Below are positions 29,555 to 41,208 of a stretch of 64,000 nt of DNA, piece after piece. Where the stretch lies: contig JAYWIR010000009.1 of the NCBI GenBank assembly GCA_036172245.1, forward strand, positions 310,001 to 374,000, in the 5' to 3' direction. A program made the position numbers and the translations under genes. Each line of letters opens with the position of its first letter. Positions within the stretch are counted from its first letter, which is position 1. This DNA comes from Raillietiella orientalis (lineage: Eukaryota). The notes below the pieces were generated by a model. It had not been told where the DNA came from. It worked only from the letters and a program-made list of their open reading frames with translations, and ran no database searches.

Positions 29555-29634
29555 ATTGTTTTGGGATATACTAAAACAAATTTGTTTGGAAAACAAATTT
29601 GTTTTTGTTTGGTTTTTGGTATATCCCAAACAAT
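29555..29634. repeat. 80-bp AT-rich inverted repeat (hairpin)
   Basis: ATTGTTTTGGGATATACTAAAA pairs with TTTTGGTATATCCCAAACAAT. The loop holds two AAACAAATTTGTTT palindromes. Confidence 0.8.
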
Positions 29635-30087
29635 GATTGGTAACTGAAGATACCCCAAAATTGTTTTAAAAAAGCGAAATTGACATGGATGATCCAGTGT
29701 TGGTTTGAGACATCGTTTTTTTAAATAATTATCAAGTGATCTTTTTTTGCAAGTTCATCACTTTCTCGGTCATGTCTTTTGGTTCTTTAGTTCATTCAGT
29801 AACAACTTTTGGTACTGAGGTTTTGGTACTCTATCAAGCGTTTGCATGCTTCCCATGTTTGTTGTCCCCTAGAACTGATTTGGTGTGTATAGTCAAAATC
29901 AGCACAATTTATGTAGAAGAATAAGCCTTAAATTATTGCAAGTTGTTACTACAACGAAATGTCGTCCTCATATTGGTTTGTTAACTTTCCAATTTTCTTA
30001 AATAGCAGAAAATAAGTTTTCGCACAATGCTGCCGAATGTTAAAGTTAATGATGTGACCAAATGTTAAAAAAAAACAAGTATTGAAG

Positions 30088-31754
30088 ATGCAGGCAATGA
30101 AACTTTTTGGGAGTGCAACATGTTTGAATGCATTTCTGGACAAAGGAGTATGTATTATGCAAAAAAGATATACCTCATTCTTCAATACATGTAAGTATTT
30201 CGTAGTGTGTATCTTATGTATGCTGATTTCTAGAATTAGTGACTGCAGAAAGCTTGTGGAAAGGGGTTGTATCAGTTAATAATGCAAGCAAGAAGAGAGG
30301 AAGAAACAAAGGAACCATGAAAAGAAGATCCAAGGATTTAAATAAAGGGCAAGAAATAGGTGTAGGTGAGAAAAAATTCTTTGATTCTGAATGCAATGGA
30401 TTATAGTGATGATTTTTTTTCCTGTTAGGCAAAGCTAATATTATGTGGCCTGGACTTAATAGTCCTGTAATTGTTGGCCAGGAGTTGATCAAACAGCATC
30501 AGTTTTCACCAGACCCTGAATGGCAAACTAAGTTAAATCAAATACGCAATACCATGGGGAAATTCCGAGTTCTAAAACTAAGTCCTTTAGAAAGAGGATA
30601 TTCAGGCTCATCATTACCTGGTAGAAGTTTAGGACCCCCTGAATCTGTTGATAAAGGTTAGGCAGCATTCATTGTCTTTCTTAAAACTAAGTTGATAAAC
30701 AATATTTGCAGAGATTTTAAAGGGATTTGACACTAAATGCTTAGAGGTGAGTTTAGGACTGTGGGAAACAAAAAGTAATCTTCTTTAGGTGAAGCAAACA
30801 TTCCACATGACTGCCAAAAAGGGAAGAACAGGTGTCATGAATGTCTACTGTGTAGCAGGCAATGGTAATGGATTGGCTGGTGTGGGACTAGGCAAAGCGG
30901 CAAGTATTCCTGTGGCAATTCGTAATGCCAAGAATCAAGCTGGGCAGCAACTCCTTTATATTGAACGTTATAACAACCATACTGGTAATTAGTCATTCTG
31001 CAAAATTTAAATTGCTGTAGTTTTGCATGATTTTTTCATCCACCTGTATAAGACTAAACTGTATGTGAAAAAAGTGCCAGAGGGCTTTGGACTTTGTTGT
31101 CATCGTGCTATAAGCACTTGTTGTCAAATGATAGGCATTAAAGATTTATATGCCAAGGTTGAAGGCTCCACCAATGTTCGGTATGTGGTCAAGGCATTTT
31201 TCATAGGGCTATTGCAACAAGTAAGCTGAAAATTATATCATCAAATTATCATCTCATATGCAGAAAAGTTATAAACAGCTAGCTGATGAGACAGGCCTGT
31301 ATGTGGTGGAGTTGGGAAGTGAACCCAATAAATATGGAACAATTTTGGCTGCTCCACAAAATGAAAAACTTATGCCTCCATCCAAAATACCAGATTTTCA
31401 GAGGGTTGGCAATTAATTTTTTTTTTAAATATTCTAGTTTCTTGATTAGTACGTTTTAAATGACAAAGTATGGTTTTCAAAAAAACCAATAACACAACCT
31501 TATGTTAATACAGTTGGTTGGCAACTTCATCTTAAAAAGGCATTACCCTTCAGAAATTTTGATCAGGTATACCAAATTTGAATAAATTAACGATCAATTT
31601 GAAAATGTGTTAGGTAAAACTGCGGATGCTGGTTGATCATGGCAGACTCCATAGTATGTATTCTGATGTGTATCCAGAATGTGTAGGACTCAATTTGTTG
31701 GAATCGTGCAAGTATAAACCAAAGGTGAAAGTAGAAGAGGAGGAGGTAGAATAA
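30088..31754 (+). CDS. MRPS5: Mitochondrial small-subunit ribosomal protein S5 (uS5m), 428 aa, 9 exons: 30088-30190, 30240-30365, 30429-30656, 30712-30746, 30789-30984, 31021-31220, 31264-31404, 31450-31566, 31614-31754
   Basis: Presequence-like N-terminus, then SFFNTLTAESLWKGV..KKRGR..KDLNKGQEIGVG..WPGLN..ERGYSG..GFDTKCLE..MTAKKGR..GNGNGLAG..IERYNNHTVLHDF..GLCCHRAI..GIKDLYAKVEGS. GT-AG introns join in frame (1287 nt). AATAAA at 31765-31770. Confidence 0.95.
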
Positions 31755-32869
31755 GAAAAAACTAAATAAACATTATGTTCGATTTCTGGATTGAGATCAT
31801 ACTTCTGATCAGATCATTAAAAGATGCAACTCGGAAAAGTTAATGGGGATGTTTTTGTTTCAGCAGCAGAAAGATCTTACATGAGATTTTTCTTTAATGC
31901 TTAACACATACAGGAAAATGCTGTTTACTGTGAATCTGACTAGTTAGTTTCTTCGAGTACTCCTGATAAGCCTTGAAAAACATGTTACACAATATACCTA
32001 AAATAATAGATAACTCATTTTGTGCAGAATCAGTTAATCATGCATCATTGTGTGCGGAATCACATACAGTTTTGGCCACAATTTGTGTATTAAGAGCTTC
32101 GCATGCCAAAAACCAATGGTAGCAACATACCCAGAAACTTTCAACACTCTAGTTTCGTTTTCTTTTCACAGACAAAGCTTTTGGCCTTTTCAGTTCGGCA
32201 TTTCTAAGTTTAAGGCTCTTGCGCTCATTCCTCTTCATTCATGTCCTAGAAAAGTTTTCTAGGAGCCAAAATCAGCTGCCAATGACCCCTGTTTTATCCT
32301 GTGAGTGCGTCCTAATAACCGGACAAGTTTCAAGACATCCTTGGGTCTCGAGAAATTCAATGCAAAGTCTTACTGGCCGGTGAATGAAGTGTTAAGGTTT
32401 GCTTAGAATCCCTTTAAAGATGTACAAGAAAAGGGAAAATAAAATCGCGGTTATTCAGTTTCGGTAGTCAGTTGTGCCAGTTCAAAAATTATGGATATGC
32501 TCCTTAAAAATCAGGTTTTCTCTTTTTATCTTTAACCTAGGAGCGTTTTCACCAGATACACCCCGATGGGCACAGCCGGGCACCATGTAGCCTCACGAAT
32601 GCCTTTAAAATATTGTGATCATAGATAAATTGACTTCAACACTTGAATTAGTTAACAGAAAGCAAGAAATCGGATTCCATTTAATTAGAATGATTGCTTA
32701 TTGGAATGATACCTAATTCAGCAGAAAATTCCACGTAATTTTTATTCTTACAAACCTCACAAAAAGAAACCAACGATCATAAATATTAACGTGATGTATC
32801 CGGTAAATATGCATATGGTCCTCACAGATCTTCAATCACGAGGTTTACATGTAGCAATGCTCGTCACCT

Positions 32870-35615
32870 TGCCTGCTGGCTACGGCACCCCTGCGTCCCA
32901 CTAGATCGGGCACGTTTCCTCGACGGCCACGACCTTGGAGAGGACGGGGAAGAATCAGGTGGAACTTGCCGCACCATTTCAGGATCGAAAAGGAGCTCAC
33001 CCCATCGGAAGATGTCCTCCGATGCGGTTCCGGAGGACGCCGCAGGATCGGATCAGCCACACGGAGTGGCAATCGGAACCTTCTTCGCAGGCTGCCCCGG
33101 CCCCACGGACAGGCGCTACAATCTCTTCAAAGATTCCGTACGGCTGCTCTGCCGCTCCTGCAAGGCCCTTCCGCAGGGAAGGCGCCCAGGAAGGCTTTCC
33201 TTCTTCAAGCCTGCAGCACCGCTCGCGTGCGTCGCATGGAGGCGACTCACGACTTTGGCGCCCCTGCGAAGCTCGGCTCAGCCCGCTGGGCGCTCGCAGC
33301 AGCGCCCACTCGGCCGGAGCCCGCGAAACACCTCCTCGAGCGGAGGCACCCACCCGTCCAGCCACGCAGCTTGCCGATGCCACCTTCCGCAAGCCTTCCG
33401 ATGGGACCTGCAGCTGCCTCGGTGAGCAGGAAGCAGTGTGCCGCCTGTGGTCCCGTCGAGGACACCCCAATCGGCGCACAGGCTGGCCAGATGTCTGCAT
33501 CCTCCAGGTCCGCCTCTCGTGCCCGAAGGACGAGCCCTGCGGCACCAGGGCAACTGGCGTCCCTCCGGGCTCTCCAACGACACGTTTCCTGCAAATGAGC
33601 GGTACTCGGCGCTGGGACGGGCCTCTGAGTGTGTTCCTTGCGAGCCTGGAGCGGACTCGGGCTTTTCGCATCTGCGACGAATCCCGAATGCCAGCTTGCT
33701 CAACGGCGGTGCACTTCCAGTCCCACTCGAGCAAAGGGTGGGTAGATACTTCCCCTTCAAGGAGGGCAGTCTGCGTCCAGGGAAGGCGCGACAGCAAGCA
33801 GAGGACGAGGAATCCGGCTCGGGAAGGCGACCGACCACGCCAAGATGCAGTGAGTCTCGCCCAGCCCCCTTGCTCCAGTGCTGCCCTCCTTAAGGGTCAG
33901 AAGGGACAGCGTAATCCCAACAAGGTGAGAAATGACTTGCTGCATTGCAGCCCAAACTAAACTTCTGGGGATCTGGACAACTCGGGAGGTGAGAGATGCC
34001 GTGATCTCGAGTGTCATACCCCAAGGGCCCGCGTCGGAGGCTTTGTGGTTAAGGCTTCCGCGTGTGGTACCATGCCTCGAGGGTTCGAATACTTCAGCAG
34101 AAACTGACGCCACTGCATCGTTGGGTTCCGAGTTTCTCCTGCAAGATGGCGCTGGTTGGCCGAGACATTCGGGCATGGCACCGGTGGTCGTTTAAGCAGG
34201 AGGCCCCTGATGAAGGCCAGAACAATGGGAGTCGACCTTCGGGTCCTTCCAGGAATCAAGGAGTGGGGAGTTCCTCCTCCGGTAGTACAACGGAGAGCGG
34301 ACCCCCCATACCGGGGGGACCCTTCCGGTTGGTTTCAACATGGAGCAAGGAGCCCTCACAGGCACCTCTCCTAGTTGTTCAGATGGAGCGGACCCCCTAT
34401 TGCGGGGGACCCTCCGAGTCGTCGTTTCTTTACGGAATGCAAGGAAGCAAGCGAGACCTGACCTTCCTGCGGGAAGTTGCAGCGTCCCTTCTAAGTTTAG
34501 GAAGCGTCCCTTCGGGGTTCTCTCCAGAGGAGTGAACAGGAGCGGTTCCCTTGAGGGTTCCCTCCGGAGAAGAAATTCCTACTGGCAAATCCTTTCCGGG
34601 TTCCCTTCGGAGAAGTTGAAATGGAGAGAATGAGGAAAGAGGTTCCCTTCGTTGTTCCCCTTCGGAGACAAGCAGGGTGGGAGGTGCGATCCCCCCCATC
34701 CAAGGGGGATCCCTTCCCAAGCGTGAGAGGAACGGGCTCCGAGCCCTTCCTGGATTCGTAGGGCGGAACCCCATCCCAGGGTGCCCCCTATCCTGAAGAA
34801 TTACGCCCTTCTGCTGGTTGCCGCAGGCAGAGAGGCGTGGAAACAAAACTGTGTTTAAAAGGGCCACGTGCGTCGCAAGACACGCGACCGTGTCTTGAGG
34901 CGCACTTAGCGAACCAAAAAAAAGAAAACCCCAAGGACGTGTATGCTGTGCAGAGCTGCTCGGAATCCCTCCGGAGGAGATGGAGTGGCGTCCTGCCTGC
35001 TGAAACAGCAGCACCCTCCCCCTCGAGTGTCAGGAGTTGGCATTGCTGGTGGTGCATGGGAGAATCTGGACTGGACACGGCAGAGCGTGGACGCTCAGCG
35101 CGACCGGTGAGGGAAAAAGGCGACCTTCCCTCAGCTGCTGTTGGACTGTGTTTCCATCCTACCCATTTGGGATCGCCTCGCGACGGCCCTAGGATCGCCG
35201 GTGGGCTCCCCCAGGGACATTATCAGACGCCTCTTCGTGCGTGCAGCCATGTGTGTAGCAGCTCTCTACTGTCTCCGCAGTATCGTGACGGCCTGGAACG
35301 CCTGAAGAAGAGCCGAAATAGCAGCGACGCCATTCACTGGGAGTGGATCTTCCTGAAGACCGCCTCGAGATGGCCCCACGTGTGCAAGATACGGACGGAA
35401 CTTGACCAGCATCCTGAACAGGATGCAGAGGACGCCGGGCAGCACACTTGGTCCGTTGAACCCTGCCCGTGTAAAACTTTCCATTCCTGTTTTGTTTGTT
35501 TATTTCCGCTTTTGTTCTTCCCCCCAGGCTACCGAAGAGGACCTCGCCGGTCTGCGCACCGCTTTTCGGCAGGCTCACCACACAAATGTCATTTTATTAT
35601 TTTATATAATAAATG
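32870..35615 (+). mobile_element. Decayed, internally deleted L1/Tx1-like LINE, interrupted by SINE copy B (LINE parts about 32870-34020 and 34830-35615)
   Basis: PLDRARF..GRGRIRWNL..YNLFKDSVRLLCRS resembles the endonuclease end and linker. 33870-33900 and 34940-35600 align with the 3' part of the copy at 43250-45650 and end in a T-rich tract plus AATAAA near 35608. Confidence 0.6.
34026..34815 (+). mobile_element. tRNA-headed SINE-like element, copy B (3' end eroded)
   Basis: GGCCCGCGTCGGAGG..TGGTTAAGG..GGGTTCGAATAC head. Body closely similar to copy C. Confidence 0.75.
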
Positions 35616-35699
35616 ACCTGGCATAAGCCTGTGACATCATCCGGGGCCAATAGTAACGATCTACACCGATGGCGCCGCTAGTCTTAAAAGAAATAGAAA

Positions 35700-36560
35700 C
35701 ATCCGTGCAGACCTCAGGGTGAGGAACGGGAGAGAACAGTCTAGCTGAGAAAATCTCCTTCCTCTGTTCGCATCCCATCCTTAGCATCATTGTGTGCATC
35801 AAAATTGGGATGAAATTAGGTAGTGCTTCAGGAGATGTTTTGAAGTGTTTGTTTACACGTTCGTTCTGGATCGTTTCTGCATGTTCTATCGCTCTCCCAA
35901 GGCACGTTTTTGGTGATTATTGATCGCAAACGTCCATCGTAAGCGTCGATGGAGGTTGATATGATTGAAAGTCTCCCGCCCCACCCGAACGTTTTCAGTT
36001 GTTTTTGCCACTTCCCTCTCGGGAGAACATCTCGGCAGTACAGACATTACTGGAGTATCTCTTCTTGACCAACGTACGAATTCGTTGCTAGCCGATGTTT
36101 CCATGCGTTTGAGATGAACACTCCCTTTCCACCCGAGACGACGCTGAGGGAAGTCCACGTGGAACTGGATAAAAACGGTCAATTTACAGAATCAAAGATC
36201 TCTGAACATAGCATCCCCGCAACTTAGAGGGTGTGGAGAAGGAACCAAGGGAGAGGGGTAGGAAGAGGGGCACACAAAGAGGAAACGAGAAATAAAAACA
36301 TAAAATGGGAAGGAGATTGTGACGGCGTGTAGTGCTTTGGTACCGCTTGTACATCAAAATGTGAACTTTCTGAAAGACGAGGATATACTGAGAACCACAA
36401 GCAGCTGTTCTTCATAGGTCTGCAGTTTCATGTAATCCACCTGAGCTCCTGTGAACAGCACCTCTCTTCTTGGAATCCAGACTTTAAGAGATGCGTATCG
36501 AGGCTTCCCATCCACTCCAGTGCATTCGGATGACACCGCCGTGAGTCGCCCTCCACGCAG
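35700..36560 (-). mobile_element. Decayed RTE-like LINE endonuclease remnant
   Basis: In order on the minus strand: GVIRMHWSG, EVLFTG, KHYTPS, FHVDFPQRRLG, PEREVAKTT..GRETFNHIN. These echo GISETHWTG, ILYSG, QCYAPT, GDFNAKVG and PHKxIHKxTW..NQIDH. Confidence 0.4.
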
Positions 36561-37439
36561 CAAATGTGGGCCTCCGCCCATGGCGCCGTCCCCACGACGA
36601 AAAACGACCTGGATTCTGGGAGCATTCGCTCTCCCTCGCTCCCTGAGTTTGCGTGGCGGCGTTTCCGGACGGAAGCACAGGCACCCGTTTTGCGGGATGC
36701 AGATGCAGGAGATCCGGGCTCTGCTTAGAAGGAGAGCCACTCGCCACCCAGTGATCACGGGTGGACCCCAAGAAAGCCCAACGACACCGAACACGGGAGC
36801 AGAGAGCTTCCGCCCACCGTCAACCACAGCACCGAATGCACCCTCCACTTCGAATGCTGACTTACAAAACGGAGGTCTCAGCTGAGATGCTCACACGCAG
36901 TTCTCTTCCTTCACACACCTTCCTCAACATTCTTTCCATGGAACGCGAAAGCACTTTTCGAAGCAATGCTCCTATTCCCTTCTTTTTTTTTTAAAAAAAA
37001 AAAAAAAAGCAAAAACAAAATGTCCTAAAAAAAGGGAATCATCAAAAGGTTTTTTTTTGTTCGATGTAAAAAAAAAAAAAAGCAGATGTATCTGGCTAAA
37101 CGAAAACGCTGAAAGGATGATGGACGAGAGCTGTTTCCTGAGAGGTTCTTCCTTTGGGCTTCCATCGTGCAAAGAATCTTATGCCTTGATGACCACGCTT
37201 TAAGGGAATGCACTGTGAAACGGAAGCGTTGCTTGAGAGTGGGCGCTGAAGAAGAAGAAAAAAAAAAAACATTTCGTTCCATTAGAGGTGCCGAGCACTG
37301 GGAGGAGAGCCGGCGGCTTCCTGAGATTTCGCACGTGAAGGGGATGCAGTTGCATGGAGACGGAATCTGAGCGCCGCAGATAAAAATAAGAAAAGGAACA
37401 CTCCGTGCAATACACTGAAAGCTCGCAAATGGCAGGCCC
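36493..37439 (+). repeat. Left arm of a 947-bp near-perfect inverted repeat
   Basis: Reverse complement of 38689-39635. I found 4 substitutions and 2 homopolymer length differences; the ORF track shows mirror-image ORFs. Confidence 0.97.
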
Positions 37440-38688
37440 TCATTTGAATGCAGTGATGTGATTACACCCTCATACTCAACCGTTAATCACTTTAAGAATG
37501 AAAGAAGGAACACCGACACTCATCACGATGCAATAACGAAAATGAATTGCAAATGAAGTTGAAGCACAGGAAAAATTCGAAGGATTGCGAAGGATAATGT
37601 ATGAGTGAAAAACAGAAATAACGATTCAAATGATAGCTTCTCTCTCCCCCCACTCCCTTCATCTTCCCTGTCCCTTTCCCCCAAATGGGATTGTTTTCCA
37701 CCTATTCCAGTCAATAGAGACTCGAAGATTTCAATTGCAATTTGGTTTGGCCAGAGATTGAATCTTCAGATCTACAGCTGTTCTTTTTTTCCCCTTTAAT
37801 CTCAAATTCCCTTTTGATTCATGTACCAATACAGAGTAGCTTTCGTCCTCCCTTGGAATGCAGTAATAATCTGCACTGCCTTATAAGCAACGGGCAGCAA
37901 GAAGGTAATTCTACCGCAGAGCTCTTGATTTGATTTTCGTGTTGCAGAGCGAGAGCGTTTCGAGACTCGGAAGGAAAGAATCCATCCACATATTTTGACA
38001 TATCTCAGGACCAAAAAATCTGGGTGTTGCGGATCCTCCGCAGCCTCAGCGATTGCTCGGCTAACCTAACTGCTTTCCTCTCAGCAAGTAAGAGCTGCGA
38101 AACAAGATCATCATCGCTTTCACGTGTCCCTGTTTTGTGAATGAAATCCTGATCGATGGTCAGCTGTGGAAATTGCGAGAATCTCCAGTTTCAGAGCATG
38201 ACGAAGAGGAACATTTGACCTTCTTCCCACAAATACAGGGTTTCTTGGAATGGGAATGAACTTCATTGTGTTTTTACACGTATTGCGAGGAGGATACGCA
38301 CATGGCAGTGTAGGAACATTTCTGAGAAAGTGGGAGGAAAGAAGAGGTGGCTCAATTTTCGGCTTCTTGCTACAAGTGACACTCCCATTATGCATTGAAT
38401 TACGCTGCAAACCCGCAGGGTTTCGATTCCCAAGCGTACAAAAAGCCAACAACGAGGACGCAGGAGATTCCAGAGAGACGCTTTCATGTTTCTGGAAGCA
38501 GGATTTTTTGCTACCTTACGACGTAGAAGTGTGGGAGTTCTCTTGAAGGCGCTGATTGCGTGTGGTAGTACAACCAACCTACCGAAGGATTCTTCACGGA
38601 AAACCGCCACCAATGCTAAGCAATGTCACCCGAAGGCAATAGAAAAAACCGCCGCTTCTTCTAAGCGTCCACCTTACCATCTTGAAGC

Positions 38689-39635
38689 GGGCCTGCCATT
38701 TGCGAGCTTTCAGTGTATTGCACGGAGTGTTCCTTTTCTTATTTTTATCTGCGGCGCTCAGATTCCGTCTCCATGCAACTGCATCCCCTTCACGTGCGAA
38801 ATCTCAGGAAGCCGCCGGCTCTCCTCCCAGTGCTCGGCACCTCTAATGGAACGAAATGTTTTTTTTTTTTCTTCTTCTTCAGCGCCCACTCTCAAGCAAC
38901 GCTTCCGTTTCACAGTGCATCCCCTTAAAGCGTGGTCATCAAGGCATAAGATTCTTTGCACGATGGAAGCCCAAAGGAAGAACCTCTCAGGAAACAGCTC
39001 TCGTCCATCATCCTTTCAGCGTTTTCGTTTAGCCAGATACATCTGCTTTTTTTTTTTTTTTACATCGAACAAAAAAAAACCTTTTGATGATTCCCTTTTT
39101 TTAGGACATTTTGTTTTTGCTTTTTTTTTTTTTTTAAAAAAAAAAGAAGGGAATAGGAGCATTGCTTCGAAAAGTGCTTTCGCGTTCCATGGAAAGAATG
39201 TTGAGGAAGGTGTGTGAAGGAAGAGAACTGCGTGTGAGCATCTCAGCTGAGACCTCCGTTTTGTAAGTCAGCATTCGAAGTGGAGGGTGCATTCGGTGCT
39301 GTGGTTGACGGTGGGCGGAAGCTCTCTGCTCCCGTCTTCGGTGTCGTTGGGCTTTCTTGGGGTCCACCCGTGATCACTGGGTGGCGAGTGGCTCTCCTTC
39401 TAAGCAGAGCCCGGATCTCCTGCATCTGCATCCCGCAAAACGGGTGCCTGTGCTTCCGTCCGGAAACGCCGCCACGCAAACTCAGGGAGCGAGGGAGAGC
39501 GAATGCTCCCAGAACCCAGGTCGTTTTTCGTCGTGGGGACGGCGCCATGGGCGGAGGCCCACATTTGCTGCGTGGAGGGCGACTCACGGCGGTGTCATCC
39601 GAATGCACTGGAGTGGATGGGAAGCCGCGATACGC
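38689..39635 (-). repeat. Right arm of the 947-bp near-perfect inverted repeat
   Basis: Reverse complement of 36493-37439; the spacer 37440-38688 is 1249 bp. Confidence 0.97.
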
Positions 39636-40423
39636 GCTTCTCGCCATCATGGAAATCCTTTCTTTACTGCCTTGGCAGTTCTTCGACAAGGTTCCATGCA
39701 ACCGAGGGTGGGTAATTCTTCAAGATACGGAGTACCCCGAGAGGGGTCTGCCCTATGAATCCAGGAAGGACTCGGAGTCCGTTCCTCTCACGCCTGGGGA
39801 GGTATCCCCGGAAATGGAGATCACCTCCACCCTGGTAGTTTCCGAAGGGGAATCCCGAAGGGAATAATATTCTCTCCGGGGGACTCCCGGGGGGTCCACT
39901 CTATTTCTGTTTCTTTGGAAAGCATTCGCTCCTGGAATTTCTCCTCCGGAGGGATCCCCCTCAAGGGATCTGCTCCTGTTTTTACTCCTCTGAAGAGAAC
40001 CCAGAAGGGAAGCCTCCGAAATTCAGAAGGGTTCTGCTTTTCCCGAAGGGATCGGCTCGCTTCTCTGGCCCCTCTGTAGAGGTGGTGGTGACACAACTAT
40101 TCTATCAGTACGACACGGAGTGTCCCTCCGGAATAGGGGGTCCACTCCTTCACAGCCGGGGGGGAGTTCCCACTCCTTGATTCCTGGAAGGACCTGAAGG
40201 TCGACTCCCATTTGTCCCGGCCCTCATCGGGGGCATCCGGTTTGAACCGTTCCCAGTGCCGCACCCGGATGAATGCAGGCTAACCAGCGTCCTCTTGCGG
40301 GAGGAGGAACTCGAACCCACGACGCACTGCCCCGTCGATTCAGTTCGGAGTATTCGAACCCGCGACGCTTGGCGGGTGCCACGCGCGGAGACCACCGTAA
40401 CCATACGGCCTCCGACGTGGGCC
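39636..40423 (-). mobile_element. tRNA-headed SINE-like element, copy C
   Basis: The minus strand reads GGCCCACGTCGGAGGCCGTATGGTTA..GCGGGTTCGAATAC..GGTCCTTCCAGGAATCAAGGAG..CCTGGATTCATAGGG. Its 3' end abuts the inverted-repeat arm. Confidence 0.75.
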
Positions 40424-41208
40424 TTTGAAGCATGGGAGAAAAAAATCAGTTCTTGTTTTTCTAGACCACGCGAAGGTGCAATGAGATGGAATCAAAGCCC
40501 TAAGAGAAATTTATCTTGGACCAGTTCAGAGTTTCGTATCTGCAGAATGTCAGACTTTTCGAAATCTGGAATCCTGTTTTCGTTAAGCCATAAAGAAAGA
40601 AGCGATGGGATGCAGTGTTACGCCGATTCGAAGCAAATTTTCATCTCTAAACTTTCTTTTATTAACATAGGAAGGTGGTTGCTGAAGAAGATGTGGCTGT
40701 GCCGAACGCATTGGATCTTTACTGCCGAAAAGATGATTGATGTTGTTTGCATGGCTGTAAATTACAAAGATTTTCGAGTTCATTGAAGGGCGCTTGCATT
40801 CTGGAGCGAAATCCCCCCCCAAAAAGAACAAAACAAAATTTAGAAACTTAACAAATCAAATAAGCGTAGCACTTTTCGTCATCCATAAATTTTATTAGTC
40901 GAACTAATTATAAATGTTTGGCGGAGCCATACATACTTCACAAAGAACTGCTAAAGTTCTGAGGAGGGACAGGTCGGACACACAGATTGGGGTTGTGCTT
41001 TGCAGTGGTCACCGTTGTTCGTCATACCCACTCGTTGTCTACGCGCGTCTCGCAGAATGGTTTCCATCTGACCAACTTTCTTTCCCATCTTTGAAGCTCA
41101 CACTCTGCGCCGCGTTCATACCACTACCTACCAAAATTGAAACAGGGAAGGACGCTCACTCATTTTCTTTTATAAATCCTCATTTTCAGCTCTGGCCGAG
41201 TCAGCCAT

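Noticed and set aside
36493..39635. Autonomous DNA transposon with long terminal inverted repeats
   Set aside because: No target-site duplication and no transposase motifs in the spacer, and one arm is continuous with older flanking sequence.
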